Origin: an uncultured Clostridia bacterium
Lineage (GTDB): Bacteria; Bacillota; Clostridia; RGIG6154
Direction: 5' to 3'
Length of the DNA stretch: 40,651 bases
Assembly (NCBI GenBank): GCA_944388555.1
Contig: CALXJH010000221.1
Coordinates: forward strand, 1 to 40,651
The translations under genes were made by a program, and so were the position numbers. The notes under the pieces are model-generated. The model made no database searches. It was not told the DNA's origin and saw only the letters and a program-made list of their open reading frames with translations. How positions within the stretch are numbered: position 1 is the stretch's first letter; each line of letters begins with the position of its first letter. Positions 9,210-18,902 of the stretch are shown piece by piece.

Positions 9210-10811
9210 ATGAAAAAGTTAGGGAAAATCTTAGCTTTGGTACTGGCAGCAGCTTTGGTACTGTCCTTGGTTGCCTGCGGTGAAGATGCTTCCGGCGATA
9301 AAACCTTAAGATTGTTCGGTAACATCGGCAGTGCAGATGGATATTCTGTTATTGACGAAGAGATTCTCGCAGCGTTTAAACAACAGACAGGTATCACTGT
9401 TGAACTGGAATATGTTGCATCTTCCGGTTATCAGGAAAAATTACAGTTGATGCTTGCTTCAGGTGAATATCCGGATGCAGCAGTATTCCCGTCCACAACA
9501 ACACAGGCATATATCGATTCTGTAGAAAATGGTATTGTAGTTGAACTCAACGAATACTTAACAGAAGAAAACGCGCCAAACTTGATGGCATATACTTATG
9601 AAAGTGCATGGGAAGGCGTTAAATTCTTTGGCGATGATAGAATTATGGCAATCCCGAGAACTTCTTTGATTCGTAACGAAGGTATTCAGATTCGTGCTGA
9701 CTGGTTAAAAGCAATCGGCATGGGCGATATTTTAGAGCGTGATAAGAAACAGGTTACCGCTGATGAATTTAAAGAAATGTTGAAGAGAATGACATTTAAT
9801 GATCCTGACGGAAATGGTCAGAATGATACATTAGGTAGTTCTCTTTGGGCAGATGACGCTACAAAGCAGTATGGACCGATTGAATTCGCGCGTGGTTTCT
9901 ATGGTGACTATGGCTGGTATAACTACGAAGGTGAAGATTATACCTATATGATGCCGCAGTATTCAAAGAAATCCGATATCTATAAGAACCAGCTTCAGTA
10001 TTCTGCTGACTTATATCAGGCAGGCTATTTAGATAAAGATGGTCCTTCTTTAAAGAAATCCGATGTTAACGATAAGTTTAATCAAGGCAGACTGGGTGTT
10101 GCACCTCAATTCTCTGGTCATATTGCAAACAACGGTGAAAAGAAAATCTTAGATCTGTATGAAGGTCAGCGCTGTCAGACAAATGAAACCTATGTTGACT
10201 ATATCTATGCAGAAGATGCAAATGGTGTAGTAGCTGGTAACGGTTATTACAAACCGATGTGGGGACAATGGTGCGTATTTACAACATGTGCCGATCCTAA
10301 CATGTTTGTTAAGTTCTGTGACTTCTTGCTTTCAGATGAAATCTGGGATTTAATCGCAAATGGTAAAGAAGGCGTTACATATACTATGGTTGACGGCTAC
10401 AGAGAAACCATCCAGACACAACCTGGTGAGCAGGCATTGGGTGCTAGCTTCCCGTCTGGTGTAGTTCGTAAAGCCGGTGACGCTGCTTACTTTACTAGTA
10501 ACGAAAAATTAGAAAAAGATCTTGTATACTTCAAGCCTTATTTGGATAAAGCATTCCAGACTTCTCAGGAAACTTTAGTTGAACAGTTAGATAATGGCTT
10601 TACACCTACTGTTGCTTCTACAACTAAGTTTATTAACTATCAGAGCAAGATGGCTGAAGAAATTACCAAGATTTGTACAGGTGCCGTTCCGGTTTCTGAA
10701 TATGACACACTTCTTCAGGGCTGGTACGATGCCGGTGGTCAGCAATATGTTGAAGAAATGAATGAATATATTGCTAAGAACCAGGCACAAAAAGCACAAG
10801 CTGCAGAGTAA
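9210..10811 (+). CDS. Extracellular solute-binding lipoprotein of the sugar ABC importer (LplA/YtcQ-like)
   Basis: AGGAG RBS 8 nt upstream. Lipobox LSLVAC after a signal peptide. The 533-aa size is typical of the large LplA-type family 1 binding proteins. Confidence 0.88.
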   Translation: MKKLGKILALVLAAALVLSLVACGEDASGDKTLRLFGNIGSADGYSVIDEEILAAFKQQTGITVELEYVASSGYQEKLQLMLASGEYPDAAVFPSTTTQAYIDSVENGIVVELNEYLTEENAPNLMAYTYESAWEGVKFFGDDRIMAIPRTSLIRNEGIQIRADWLKAIGMGDILERDKKQVTADEFKEMLKRMTFNDPDGNGQNDTLGSSLWADDATKQYGPIEFARGFYGDYGWYNYEGEDYTYMMPQYSKKSDIYKNQLQYSADLYQAGYLDKDGPSLKKSDVNDKFNQGRLGVAPQFSGHIANNGEKKILDLYEGQRCQTNETYVDYIYAEDANGVVAGNGYYKPMWGQWCVFTTCADPNMFVKFCDFLLSDEIWDLIANGKEGVTYTMVDGYRETIQTQPGEQALGASFPSGVVRKAGDAAYFTSNEKLEKDLVYFKPYLDKAFQTSQETLVEQLDNGFTPTVASTTKFINYQSKMAEEITKICTGAVPVSEYDTLLQGWYDAGGQQYVEEMNEYIAKNQAQKAQAAE

Positions 10812-10834
10812 TAACATTTTTTCAAGCAATTAAA

Positions 10835-10863
10835 GAACAGTCCGTGAGGGCTGTTCTTTTTTT
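10835..10863 (+). terminator. Rho-independent terminator
   Basis: Stem GAACAGTCC / GGGCTGTTC, loop GTGA, followed by T7. Confidence 0.8.
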
Positions 10864-10997
10864 ATTTAATTCTCGATGCGTGACATGCATGTAAAATATA
10901 TATTTTTTAAAGTTACGAAATAGCAGATTCCCGGATAGATGTACACATTCCATATAATATAGTGGAAAAAAGCAAACATAACGCTTTATGCCATCTC

Positions 10998-11026
10998 TTG
11001 ACTTTTTTACCAAAATAGTGTAAAGT
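10998..11026 (+). promoter_or_regulatory. Putative promoter of the stand-alone stalk-domain gene
   Basis: -35 TTGACT (10998-11003), a T-rich 17-nt spacer containing AAAATAGT as in the promoter at 91, and -10 TAAAGT (11021-11026). Confidence 0.35.
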
Positions 11027-11099
11027 TATATTAAAGTATTTTACTAACTTTTTATCGTTTTGTTATAAGTAGATTCTATAAAAGAAAGGACAGATGTAA

Positions 11100-11528
11100 A
11101 TGCGTTTAAAAAAAATTGTATGCTTGCTGTTCTGCTTATGTTTGATTTCCGGCCTCCCGATTTTTTCTCAGGCACAAAGTGTACGCGTTGAACTGAATGG
11201 AGAGGAAATTTCTTTCCCAGATGTGCAGCCGTGTTTAATCCAAGACCGTACAATGGTACCAATGCGTGCTATTTTTGAAGCGCTTGGCGCTGGTGTTTAT
11301 TGGGAAGAAACCGATCAAACTATTTTTTCTTTGCGGGGAAATACAACTGTTATTATGCAAATTGATAATCCGCAAATGTTTGTAAATAACAATACGGTTA
11401 TTTTGGATGTTCCACCTGTTTTACTTGACGACCGCACGATGGTTCCATTGCGTGCAGTGTCTGAGAGCTTTGGCCTGATTGTGGACTGGGATGATGCGAC
11501 GCAAACAGTTTATATTTCTGAAAATTGA
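11100..11528 (+). CDS. Secreted copper amine oxidase N-terminal (stalk) domain protein
   Basis: Signal peptide MRLKKIVCLLFCLCLISGLPIFSQA. Duplicated motif DRTMVPMRAIFEALG / DRTMVPLRAVSESFG..WDDATQTVYI. Confidence 0.85.
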   Translation: MRLKKIVCLLFCLCLISGLPIFSQAQSVRVELNGEEISFPDVQPCLIQDRTMVPMRAIFEALGAGVYWEETDQTIFSLRGNTTVIMQIDNPQMFVNNNTVILDVPPVLLDDRTMVPLRAVSESFGLIVDWDDATQTVYISEN

Positions 11529-11734
11529 TACAAAATATCTCTAAAAGAAACCTTTGACTTTTCTGATTGTTGCGTACGGCGCAGCAGTCAATGGTAGTAA
11601 ACGATAACAAAAGAGCAAGCTATGCCGCCGTATTGTGCTCAGTTTGCGCTATTTTATAACTTTCAAAATTTACAGTGTAAAAGAATATGGCGTTTTTAAT
11701 TGTTTTTTGGCATAATCATTTCTTCCGTATACAG

Positions 11735-11762
11735 AAACATCTCTTTTTAGGGATGTTTTTTT
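11735..11762 (+). terminator. Rho-independent terminator
   Basis: Stem AAACATCTC / GGGATGTTT (one G-U pair), 6-nt loop, followed by a T-run. Confidence 0.55.
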
Positions 11763-11803
11763 GTATTCATATTACTGAAATTGGAAAAATTCCGTTAAAA
11801 GTA

Positions 11804-11832
11804 TTGCTTTTTTTAAAAAGTTGTAGTATAAT
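11804..11832 (+). promoter_or_regulatory. Putative promoter of the oxidoreductase-uxuA-SDR unit
   Basis: -35 TTGCTT, 17-nt spacer, consensus -10 TATAAT (11827-11832). The 16-mer ATTGCTTTTTTTAAAA is identical to 90-105. Confidence 0.5.
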
Positions 11833-11878
11833 AAAACAAATAATAAAAATATTATACTTTTGAAAGGAAAGACATGTT

Positions 11879-13045
11879 ATGGATAAAGTTATCTTAGGTA
11901 TTATCGGTTATGGTAATATGGGTTCGGATCATGCAAAACGCATCACAAACGGCGATATTCCTCGCATGAAACTGGGCGCTATTTGTGATATTGACAAGGC
12001 AAAGCTTGAAAAGGCGAAAGCTGTTTTAGGGGAAGATGTCGCTTATTTTGAGAACTACAAGGATATGTTGGCATCTGGTAAGATTAACGCTGTTTTGGTT
12101 GCTACACCGCATTATCTGCATCCTGAAATGGTGATTGACAGTTTTAAAGCGGATATGAATGTAATTTGTGAGAAACCGGCGGGTGTATACACCAAGCAGG
12201 TTAATGAAATGAATGAAGCTGCGAAAAAATACGGCAAAGTATTTTCTATGATGTATAACCAAAGAACAAATCCTTTGTATGTTAAAGCACGTGAACTGAT
12301 CCAGCAAGGTGAGCTGGGCGATTTAAGACGAATGGTTTGGATTATTACAAACTGGTTCCGTACACAGGCTTATTACGATTCCGGTACATGGAGAAGCACA
12401 TGGAGCGGAGAAGGCGGCGGTGCGCTCATCAATCAGAACCCACATCAGTTAGATCTTTGGCAGTGGCTGTGCGGTATGCCTAAAACGATTCGCAGCACTT
12501 GCTATTATGGCAAATGGCATGACATTGAAGTAGAAGATGATGTTACGGTATTTGCAGAGTATGAAAATGGAATGACTGCGACTTATATTACATCAACCGG
12601 TGAAGCTCCTGGAACAAACCGATTGGAAATTACCGGTACAAAGGGTAAAATTGTAATAGAAGGCGATAGCATGAAATTCTGGCAGAACAGAGTGGATGAT
12701 GTTACATATTGCAAAACCGCAAAAGGCGGATTTGGTACACCCGAACTTTGGGAAATTCAGGTTCCAGTCAAAAAGCCGGCTTATTTACAGCATAACGGCA
12801 TTTTGAAGAACTTTACAGATGCTGTTTTAGATGGTGCGGAATTGATTGCACCCGGCGAAGAAGGCGTTTTGGGTTTAAACATTTCTAATGCCATTCATAT
12901 GTCTTCATGGACTGGTGAAACCGTTACTTTACCGGTGGATCCTGATAAATTTTACGCATTGCTCCAGGAGAAAATTGCAAATTCAAAAGTTGTGAAAAAA
13001 GAAGCAAAAGCGGTTGAAAGTGTAGATATGAGCTCTACTTTTTAA
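11879..13045 (+). CDS. Gfo/Idh/MocA family oxidoreductase (YteT-like)
   Basis: N-terminal Rossmann GIIGYGNMG, the family motif ICEKPAG, and a C-terminal alpha/beta domain. Confidence 0.85.
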   Translation: MDKVILGIIGYGNMGSDHAKRITNGDIPRMKLGAICDIDKAKLEKAKAVLGEDVAYFENYKDMLASGKINAVLVATPHYLHPEMVIDSFKADMNVICEKPAGVYTKQVNEMNEAAKKYGKVFSMMYNQRTNPLYVKARELIQQGELGDLRRMVWIITNWFRTQAYYDSGTWRSTWSGEGGGALINQNPHQLDLWQWLCGMPKTIRSTCYYGKWHDIEVEDDVTVFAEYENGMTATYITSTGEAPGTNRLEITGTKGKIVIEGDSMKFWQNRVDDVTYCKTAKGGFGTPELWEIQVPVKKPAYLQHNGILKNFTDAVLDGAELIAPGEEGVLGLNISNAIHMSSWTGETVTLPVDPDKFYALLQEKIANSKVVKKEAKAVESVDMSSTF

Positions 13046-13047
13046 TG

Positions 13048-13081
13048 AAAAAAACCGTTTATCTAAGATAAACGGTTTTTT
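13048..13081 (+). terminator. Rho-independent terminator
   Basis: 12-bp stem AAACCGTTTATC / GATAAACGGTTT followed by a T-run. Confidence 0.85.
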
Positions 13082-13143
13082 GTGATACATCCAAATAAAA
13101 TTAGAGTGTGTTATTATTTGCTTTGCAGAAAGGAATTTAATAT

Positions 13144-14190
13144 ATGGAAATGACTTTTCGTTGGTATGGGGCATCAGATCCGGTCACACTTGAAAAAATT
13201 CGCCAAATTCCAGGCGTTACAGGCATCGTTTCTGCCATTTACGATATACCCGTAGGCGAAGTATGGCCTGTCGAGCGTATTAAGCAATTAAAGGCAGAAG
13301 TAGAAGCTGCTGGATTGTGCTTGACAACAATCGAAAGTGTACCGGTGCATGAGGATATTAAGATTGGTGCTTCTTCAAGAGATAGACTTATTGCCAATTA
13401 TGCACAAACGCTAAAGAATCTTGGTGCGTGTGGCATTGAGGTAGTATGTTATAATTTTATGCCGGTATTTGACTGGACGCGTTCCGACTTAGCCTTCCCT
13501 TTGCCGGATGGTTCTAATGCGCTTATTTATGATCAAAAAACGGTACTGGAAATGAATCCTGAAACGGGAGATTTAGCACTTCCCGGCTGGGACGCAAGCT
13601 ATACGAAAGAACAAATGAAAGGGTTGCTGAATACCTACAAATCTATTGATAAAGAACAGCTTTGGGAAAATTTAACCTATTTTCTGCAAGGTATTATTCC
13701 GGCTGCGGAGGCGTCCGGCATTAAAATGGCAATTCATCCGGATGATCCGCCGTGGGGCATTTTCGGTTTGCCGCGCATTATTTCTAACAGAGAAGATTTG
13801 CTGCGCTTGGTAAAGGTCGTGGATAGCCCGGCAAATGGCATTACCCTTTGCTCTGGGTCTTTAGGGGTGGATCCTGCAAATGATGTACCCGCCATGATCC
13901 GTGAATTTGGCGGTATGGATCGAATTCATTTTGCCCATTGCCGAAATATTAAAATTACAGGCGAAAAATGTTTTGAAGAATCCGCGCATTTAAGCAGCGC
14001 AGGTTCATTGGATATGTTTGAAATTCTAAAAGCATATCATGATGTTGGCTTTGAAGGACCCATGCGTCCCGACCACGGAAGAATGATTTGGGGTGAAAGC
14101 GGCAAACCCGGATATGGATTATATGATCGTGCACTTGGTGCCGTATATTTAAATGGTTTATGGGAAGCCATTTGCAAACTTTCTAGTTAG
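13144..14190 (+). CDS. uxuA: Mannonate dehydratase
   Basis: The N-terminus MEMTFRWYG, the ~350-aa length and [12 protein letters not shown] all match my memory of UxuA. Confidence 0.85.
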   Translation: MEMTFRWYGASDPVTLEKIRQIPGVTGIVSAIYDIPVGEVWPVERIKQLKAEVEAAGLCLTTIESVPVHEDIKIGASSRDRLIANYAQTLKNLGACGIEVVCYNFMPVFDWTRSDLAFPLPDGSNALIYDQKTVLEMNPETGDLALPGWDASYTKEQMKGLLNTYKSIDKEQLWENLTYFLQGIIPAAEASGIKMAIHPDDPPWGIFGLPRIISNREDLLRLVKVVDSPANGITLCSGSLGVDPANDVPAMIREFGGMDRIHFAHCRNIKITGEKCFEESAHLSSAGSLDMFEILKAYHDVGFEGPMRPDHGRMIWGESGKPGYGLYDRALGAVYLNGLWEAICKLSS

Positions 14191-14251
14191 TTTTCTTATA
14201 CATATGGTTAGACAGAATGAATTTTGAAATAGGAAAGGAGATTTTTATAAT

Positions 14252-15094
14252 ATGGTTCCATTTCATGTAGATTTAAATGGAAAAACTGCAGTGATTACCG
14301 GTGGCGGCGGTGTGCTTTGTTCGGCATTTGCCAAGGCTTTGACAGAATGTGGCGCGTCGGTGGCTGTCTTAGATTTAAATCCTAACGCAGCCAAAAAAGT
14401 GGCAGATGAAATTACTGCGCAGGGGGGTACAGCAATCGGTATTGCAGCAAACGTTTTGAACAAACAAAGTTTGGAAGAAGCAAAAATACAGGTAGAACAG
14501 AAGTTTGGTGCTTGCGATATTTTGCTCAACGGAGCAGGCGGAAACAACCCGAAAGGCACTACGTCACATGAATATTATGAGCCGTCGGATCTAATGGATC
14601 CGGAAGTTATATCTTTCTTTGACTTGGACCCGGCTGGGATAGAATTTGTATTTAACCTGAATTTTATAGGTACGCTTTTGCCTACGCAGGTTTTTGCAAA
14701 AGATATGAAAAAGGGAAGCGTTATCTTGAATGTTTCTTCCATGAATGCGTTTACACCTTTAACAAAAATTCCTGCTTACAGCGGAGCAAAAGCAGCAGTT
14801 TCTAATTTCACGCAATGGCTTGCTGTACATTTTTCAAAGGCAGGAATACGCGTGAACGCCATTGCGCCCGGTTTTTTTGCAACTGCGCAGAATCATGCGT
14901 TATTATTCGACAGCGAAGGCGGATATACAGACCGCAGCCGTAAAATCATTTCTCAAACGCCGATGGGGCGTTTCGGAACGCCGGATGAGTTAATAGGAGG
15001 ATTGCTGTATTTGGTAGATAACAATGCTTCTTCTTTTGTCAATGGAATCATCTTGCCTATTGACGGAGGATTTGCTGCTTACTCCGGTGTATAA
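14252..15094 (+). CDS. SDR-type D-mannonate oxidoreductase-like enzyme (UxuB function inferred)
   Basis: TGGGGVLC glycine motif, NGAGGNNPKGTT, catalytic YSGAK. Sits directly downstream of uxuA. Confidence 0.7.
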   Translation: MVPFHVDLNGKTAVITGGGGVLCSAFAKALTECGASVAVLDLNPNAAKKVADEITAQGGTAIGIAANVLNKQSLEEAKIQVEQKFGACDILLNGAGGNNPKGTTSHEYYEPSDLMDPEVISFFDLDPAGIEFVFNLNFIGTLLPTQVFAKDMKKGSVILNVSSMNAFTPLTKIPAYSGAKAAVSNFTQWLAVHFSKAGIRVNAIAPGFFATAQNHALLFDSEGGYTDRSRKIISQTPMGRFGTPDELIGGLLYLVDNNASSFVNGIILPIDGGFAAYSGV

Positions 15095-15207
15095 AAAACA
15101 GTCTGCTTATGATTTGTTTTGAAACCCGTTTCGTGATTATAAAGAAATATTATGAAAAGATATTTGTTTTCTGCTTTTTAATTGTGCTTTGACACAAAAA
15201 TTTGCAT

Positions 15208-15243
15208 AAAAACCGTCAAATTTTCAGTATTTGACGGTTTTTG
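15208..15243 (+). terminator. Rho-independent terminator
   Basis: Stem AAACCGTCAA / TTGACGGTTT with an 11-nt loop and a T-run. Confidence 0.7.
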
Positions 15244-15315
15244 CATTAAAAAAAATTTTTTTTGCAACCTTTTTGGCTTTTTAGAGGTATTATTGATAAA
15301 AGGAGGTTTTATCAA

Positions 15316-16167
15316 ATGAAAAAAATAATTTCAATTTTGTTGGTATTGATGCTGAGCTTATCTATTGTCAGCTGCGGTAATAATACGGACGAAGATAACA
15401 AAAAACAAGAGGAACAAAAACAAGAACAAGAACTCGTAGTAGGACAAGAAGACAAAGACACGGACACCAAAGAAGAGGAGAAGCAGGAACAAAAACCTGT
15501 AGCAAATGAAAAAGAAGATAACAAAAATAACACTGCGCAAAAAAATGATACGGCAGCCAATAATCAGTCTGTGCAGAAACCTACAACACAGACACAAACA
15601 CAAAAACCTACAACAACACAACCTACACAACCTACACAGCCGTCGCAACCTACACAACCTTCGCAACCTACACAACCTACACAACCTACACAACCTACAC
15701 AACCGACCCAGCCTGAAGAAAAACCTGCTGAACCGGAAAAACCAGCATTTGATTCTCTTTCAGACTTAGTATCTAAGATATATGCAAATACAAGTAATTT
15801 TGAAATCAGAGTATCTCCTACCACACAAATCAACTTATCCGATTCTTATCAGCTTAAGTATTATTTGGGCCTCAGCAGCGCAAGCAATATAGAAGAGGCT
15901 GTATATTCTGAATCTCTGATCGGTTCTATTGCATATTCTCTTTGTGCAGTAAAAGTGAAGAACACTTCTGCGGCTACAGTAGCAAGCTCTATCCGCAGCG
16001 GTGTAGATCCGAGAAAATGGATCTGCGTAGAAGCAGAAAGCGTATTTACTTCTACCTACGGTGATTATGTTCTGTTGGTAATGGCAGAATCCAAGACGGC
16101 AGACAATCTTTACCAAGCATTTAAAACTGTAACGAATAATGCATGTACAGCACGAGTAAACAGATAA
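15316..16167 (+). CDS. Lipoprotein with acidic/Lys-rich and (QPT)n linkers and a C-terminal globular domain (DUF4358-like, from memory)
   Basis: AGGAGG at 15301, ATG 15316, lipobox LSIVSC. The track start 15262 is an upstream TTG with no RBS. Confidence 0.8.
   Translation: MKKIISILLVLMLSLSIVSCGNNTDEDNKKQEEQKQEQELVVGQEDKDTDTKEEEKQEQKPVANEKEDNKNNTAQKNDTAANNQSVQKPTTQTQTQKPTTTQPTQPTQPSQPTQPSQPTQPTQPTQPTQPTQPEEKPAEPEKPAFDSLSDLVSKIYANTSNFEIRVSPTTQINLSDSYQLKYYLGLSSASNIEEAVYSESLIGSIAYSLCAVKVKNTSAATVASSIRSGVDPRKWICVEAESVFTSTYGDYVLLVMAESKTADNLYQAFKTVTNNACTARVNR
15619..15717 (+). repeat. Tandem 9-bp repeat (11 units, consensus CAACCTACA = Gln-Pro-Thr)
   Basis: Units counted directly. Seven are perfect CAACCTACA; four are variants (CAGCCGTCG, CAACCTTCG, CAACCGACC, CAGCCTGAA). 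Confidence 0.95.
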
Positions 16168-16193
16168 TACTCATTTAAAAAGGAGCAGCAAAT

Positions 16194-17576
16194 ATGGTAT
16201 TTTCCAGCTTAGTATTTTTATATTATTTTTTACCCATTGTAATCGTATTATATTTTATAATGCCAAGACCATTGAAAAATATTGTATTACTCATCTCCAG
16301 TTTAGTATTTTACTTCTATGGGGAACAGTGGCTGGTTTGGATTATGGTAATATCCACAATAACCGACTACTTATGTGGTTTAATAATAGAAAAATACAGA
16401 AAAAGCAAAAAAATATCCATTGCTGCTCTTATTGTTTCGCTGGTAGTTAATTTAGGGCTTTTAGGTTATTTTAAATACAGCAATTTCTTTGTTGAGAATA
16501 TTAACGCCCTTTTAGGTGCAAACATTCCGCTTTTGAATGTATCATTGCCTATCGGAATTAGTTTTTACACCTTTCAAACGATGAGCTATACCATTGACGT
16601 ATATAGGGGAAATGTGGCAGCGCAAAAGAATTTTCTCTCTTTTGCAACATTTGTTACCATGTTTCCCCAATTGGTTGCAGGACCAATCGTGCGTTATGCA
16701 ACCATTGAGCATGAGTTAAACCACAGAAAGCATACCATGCAGAATTTGTCTTATGGTGTATGCCGCTTTGTAGTAGGGCTTGCTAAAAAGGTTCTGATTG
16801 CCAACGTTTTAGGTGATTTTGGGAATATTTTTTCATCTGTAACGGATAAATCCATTTTGTTTTACTGGGTTTATGCGATATCCTATACATTGCAAGTGTA
16901 TTTTGACTTTTCAGCGTATAGCGATATGGCAATTGGCCTTGGGAAGATGTTTGGATTTTCGTTTCCGGAAAACTTTAATTACCCGTTCATTTCAAAAAGT
17001 ATTTCCGAATTTTGGAGAAGATGGCATATCTCAATGGGAACATGGTTCAGAGATTATGTGTATATTCCGCTTGGAGGGAACAGGGTATCGGCTAAGAGAT
17101 GGATTTTTAACATTTTTGTTGTGTGGTTTCTTACCGGTTTCTGGCACGGTGCCGCCTGGAATTTTATTATCTGGGGTTTATATTTCTTCCTGTTCTTGGT
17201 AGTCGAAAAACTGCTCATTGGCAAATATTTAAAGAAAGCACCTTCTTTCTTTCAGCATGTATATGTGTTGTTCTTTATATTGATCAGTTTTGTAATATTC
17301 AGCGGTAATGCCAAAGAGGTTTTACCTGCTATGTTCTCTGTTGGTAAAATACCATTTATAAATGACGTTACAGTGTATTATTTAAAGAGTTACTTTATTG
17401 TTTTCTTAATTGCGGTTGTCGGCTCTACACCGCTTATTAAAACGCTTTATGGAAAAATTGAACGAAGTAAAGCGGTAAGATGGACAGAGCCGGTTGTTGT
17501 TCTTTTGCTTTTGATTTTCTCAACAGCCTACCTGGTAGAAGGGTCATTTAATCCTTTCCTATATTTTAGATTTTAA
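16194..17576 (+). CDS. MBOAT family O-acyltransferase (AlgI/DltB/PatA-like)
   Basis: Polytopic membrane protein with SISEFWRRWHISMGTWFRDYVYIPLGGN and FLTGFWHGAAWNFIIWG (conserved His). AGGAG RBS. Confidence 0.9.
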   Translation: MVFSSLVFLYYFLPIVIVLYFIMPRPLKNIVLLISSLVFYFYGEQWLVWIMVISTITDYLCGLIIEKYRKSKKISIAALIVSLVVNLGLLGYFKYSNFFVENINALLGANIPLLNVSLPIGISFYTFQTMSYTIDVYRGNVAAQKNFLSFATFVTMFPQLVAGPIVRYATIEHELNHRKHTMQNLSYGVCRFVVGLAKKVLIANVLGDFGNIFSSVTDKSILFYWVYAISYTLQVYFDFSAYSDMAIGLGKMFGFSFPENFNYPFISKSISEFWRRWHISMGTWFRDYVYIPLGGNRVSAKRWIFNIFVVWFLTGFWHGAAWNFIIWGLYFFLFLVVEKLLIGKYLKKAPSFFQHVYVLFFILISFVIFSGNAKEVLPAMFSVGKIPFINDVTVYYLKSYFIVFLIAVVGSTPLIKTLYGKIERSKAVRWTEPVVVLLLLIFSTAYLVEGSFNPFLYFRF

Positions 17577-17606
17577 GATTTGCAACTTAAAAAAGAGAGG
17601 TGACTT

Positions 17607-18692
17607 ATGAATAATAAAATTACGCCTATCATTTTTATTTTATTTATTTGCTTGTTTTTTGTGGCATCTGTATTAAAAGAACCAGATGAAATTTCTGTTT
17701 CGGAAAGAAGAAAACTTGCTTCCTTTCCGGAGATTACTTTTGCCTCTGTTTCAGATGGCGCAGCCATGGATAATTTTGATAAGTATATAAGTGATCAGTT
17801 CCCTTTAAGAGAAGGATTCAGAAAGCTAAATGCATTTTTTCAATATGATATTTTTATGCAGAAAGACATCGGTGGATTGTATTTTGCGGAGGATCACATA
17901 TCCAAGCTTGAATATCCATTTAATACTGACTCGGTACAAAATATCATAGACAAAACCAATCATATTTATCAAACTTATTTTGAGAATGCCGGAAACAATG
18001 TGTATTTTACGATTATCCCGGATAAAAACTATTATATAGCCGCAAAAAACGGGTATCCGAGTATTGATTATAAATTGCTTGAAAGTACGGTAACAGAGGG
18101 GTTAAAAATACAGTATATCCCTATTTTTGATCAGCTTGCTGCAGAAGATTACTACTACACGGATTCACATTGGCGGCAGGAAAAAATATCAAAAGTATAT
18201 CAAACACTGGCAAATGCAATGCATGTACAGCCAAGCGGAACGTATACAATCAATACGTATGGACCGTTTTCAGGGGTGTTTGCATCTCAGAGTGCGGCGA
18301 CAACACAGAAGGATACGCTGTATTACCTTACCAATGACGTCATAGACAATTGTTCGGTTTATAACTTTGAGACAAATGCTTATACAGGCATATACGATTT
18401 TGAGAAGGCAGAGGAAGATTATGACAAATATTCTTTATTCTTATCCGGACCTGCGGCACTTTTGACGATTGAAAGTCCGTATGCGGATTCTGATAAAGAA
18501 TTGATTATATTCCGTGATTCTTACGGATCGGCGCTTGCACCTTACTTTACGCAGAATTATAGGAAAATTACGGTTGTTGATACGCGCTATATAGCAAGCG
18601 ACTATATAGGAGAATTCATCGACATAAATGACCAGGATGTTTTATTTGCCTACAGCACAGGTTTAATCAATAACAGCTATTCGCTTAAATAG
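17607..18692 (+). CDS. DHHW family protein (AlgJ/AlgX/PatB-like extracytoplasmic partner of MBOAT)
   Basis: N-terminal membrane anchor. DSHW at 18162-18173 sits where the family-defining DHHW motif lies. Immediately downstream of the MBOAT gene. Confidence 0.75.
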   Translation: MNNKITPIIFILFICLFFVASVLKEPDEISVSERRKLASFPEITFASVSDGAAMDNFDKYISDQFPLREGFRKLNAFFQYDIFMQKDIGGLYFAEDHISKLEYPFNTDSVQNIIDKTNHIYQTYFENAGNNVYFTIIPDKNYYIAAKNGYPSIDYKLLESTVTEGLKIQYIPIFDQLAAEDYYYTDSHWRQEKISKVYQTLANAMHVQPSGTYTINTYGPFSGVFASQSAATTQKDTLYYLTNDVIDNCSVYNFETNAYTGIYDFEKAEEDYDKYSLFLSGPAALLTIESPYADSDKELIIFRDSYGSALAPYFTQNYRKITVVDTRYIASDYIGEFIDINDQDVLFAYSTGLINNSYSLK

Positions 18693-18737
18693 TTTTTGAG
18701 AATCACGTCTTTCATACAGGAAAAGAAATGGTTTTAT

Positions 18738-18775
18738 ACAGCACTTCAACAGATTTTGTTGCGGTGCTGTTTTTG
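18738..18775 (+). terminator. Rho-independent terminator
   Basis: Composite stem ACAGCAC..CAACA / TGTTG..GTGCTGT followed by T5. Confidence 0.65.
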
Positions 18776-18796
18776 TATTAAAAATATATTTTATTA

Positions 18797-18824
18797 TTGC
18801 TTTTTTTTTCATATCTGTTATACT
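18797..18824 (+). promoter_or_regulatory. Putative promoter of the second giant enzyme gene
   Basis: -35 TTGCTT within ATTATTGCTTTTTTTTT (compare 88-101), 16-nt spacer, -10 TATACT (18819-18824). Confidence 0.4.
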
Positions 18825-18902
18825 ATAAAGTAATAGATAAAACAGTCGTTTAGATCGTTTTTCAGGCTGTTCTTAGGTAAAAAAGAGGGGAGATTGCAGG
18901 GG

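Noticed and set aside
15262-15315. An upstream TTG extension of the lipoprotein ORF (MQPFWLFRGIIDKRRFYQ...).
   Set aside because: AGGAGG at 15301 is correctly spaced for ATG 15316, which begins a canonical lipoprotein signal peptide. The extension would bury that signal.
15358-15833. ORFs on both strands overlap the lipoprotein linker: 15358-15702(-), 15506-15769(+) and 15564-15833(-).
   Set aside because: They are artefacts of the 9-bp tandem repeat and the low-complexity linker, which keep all frames open. Only the lipobox-bearing frame has an RBS and a sensible protein.
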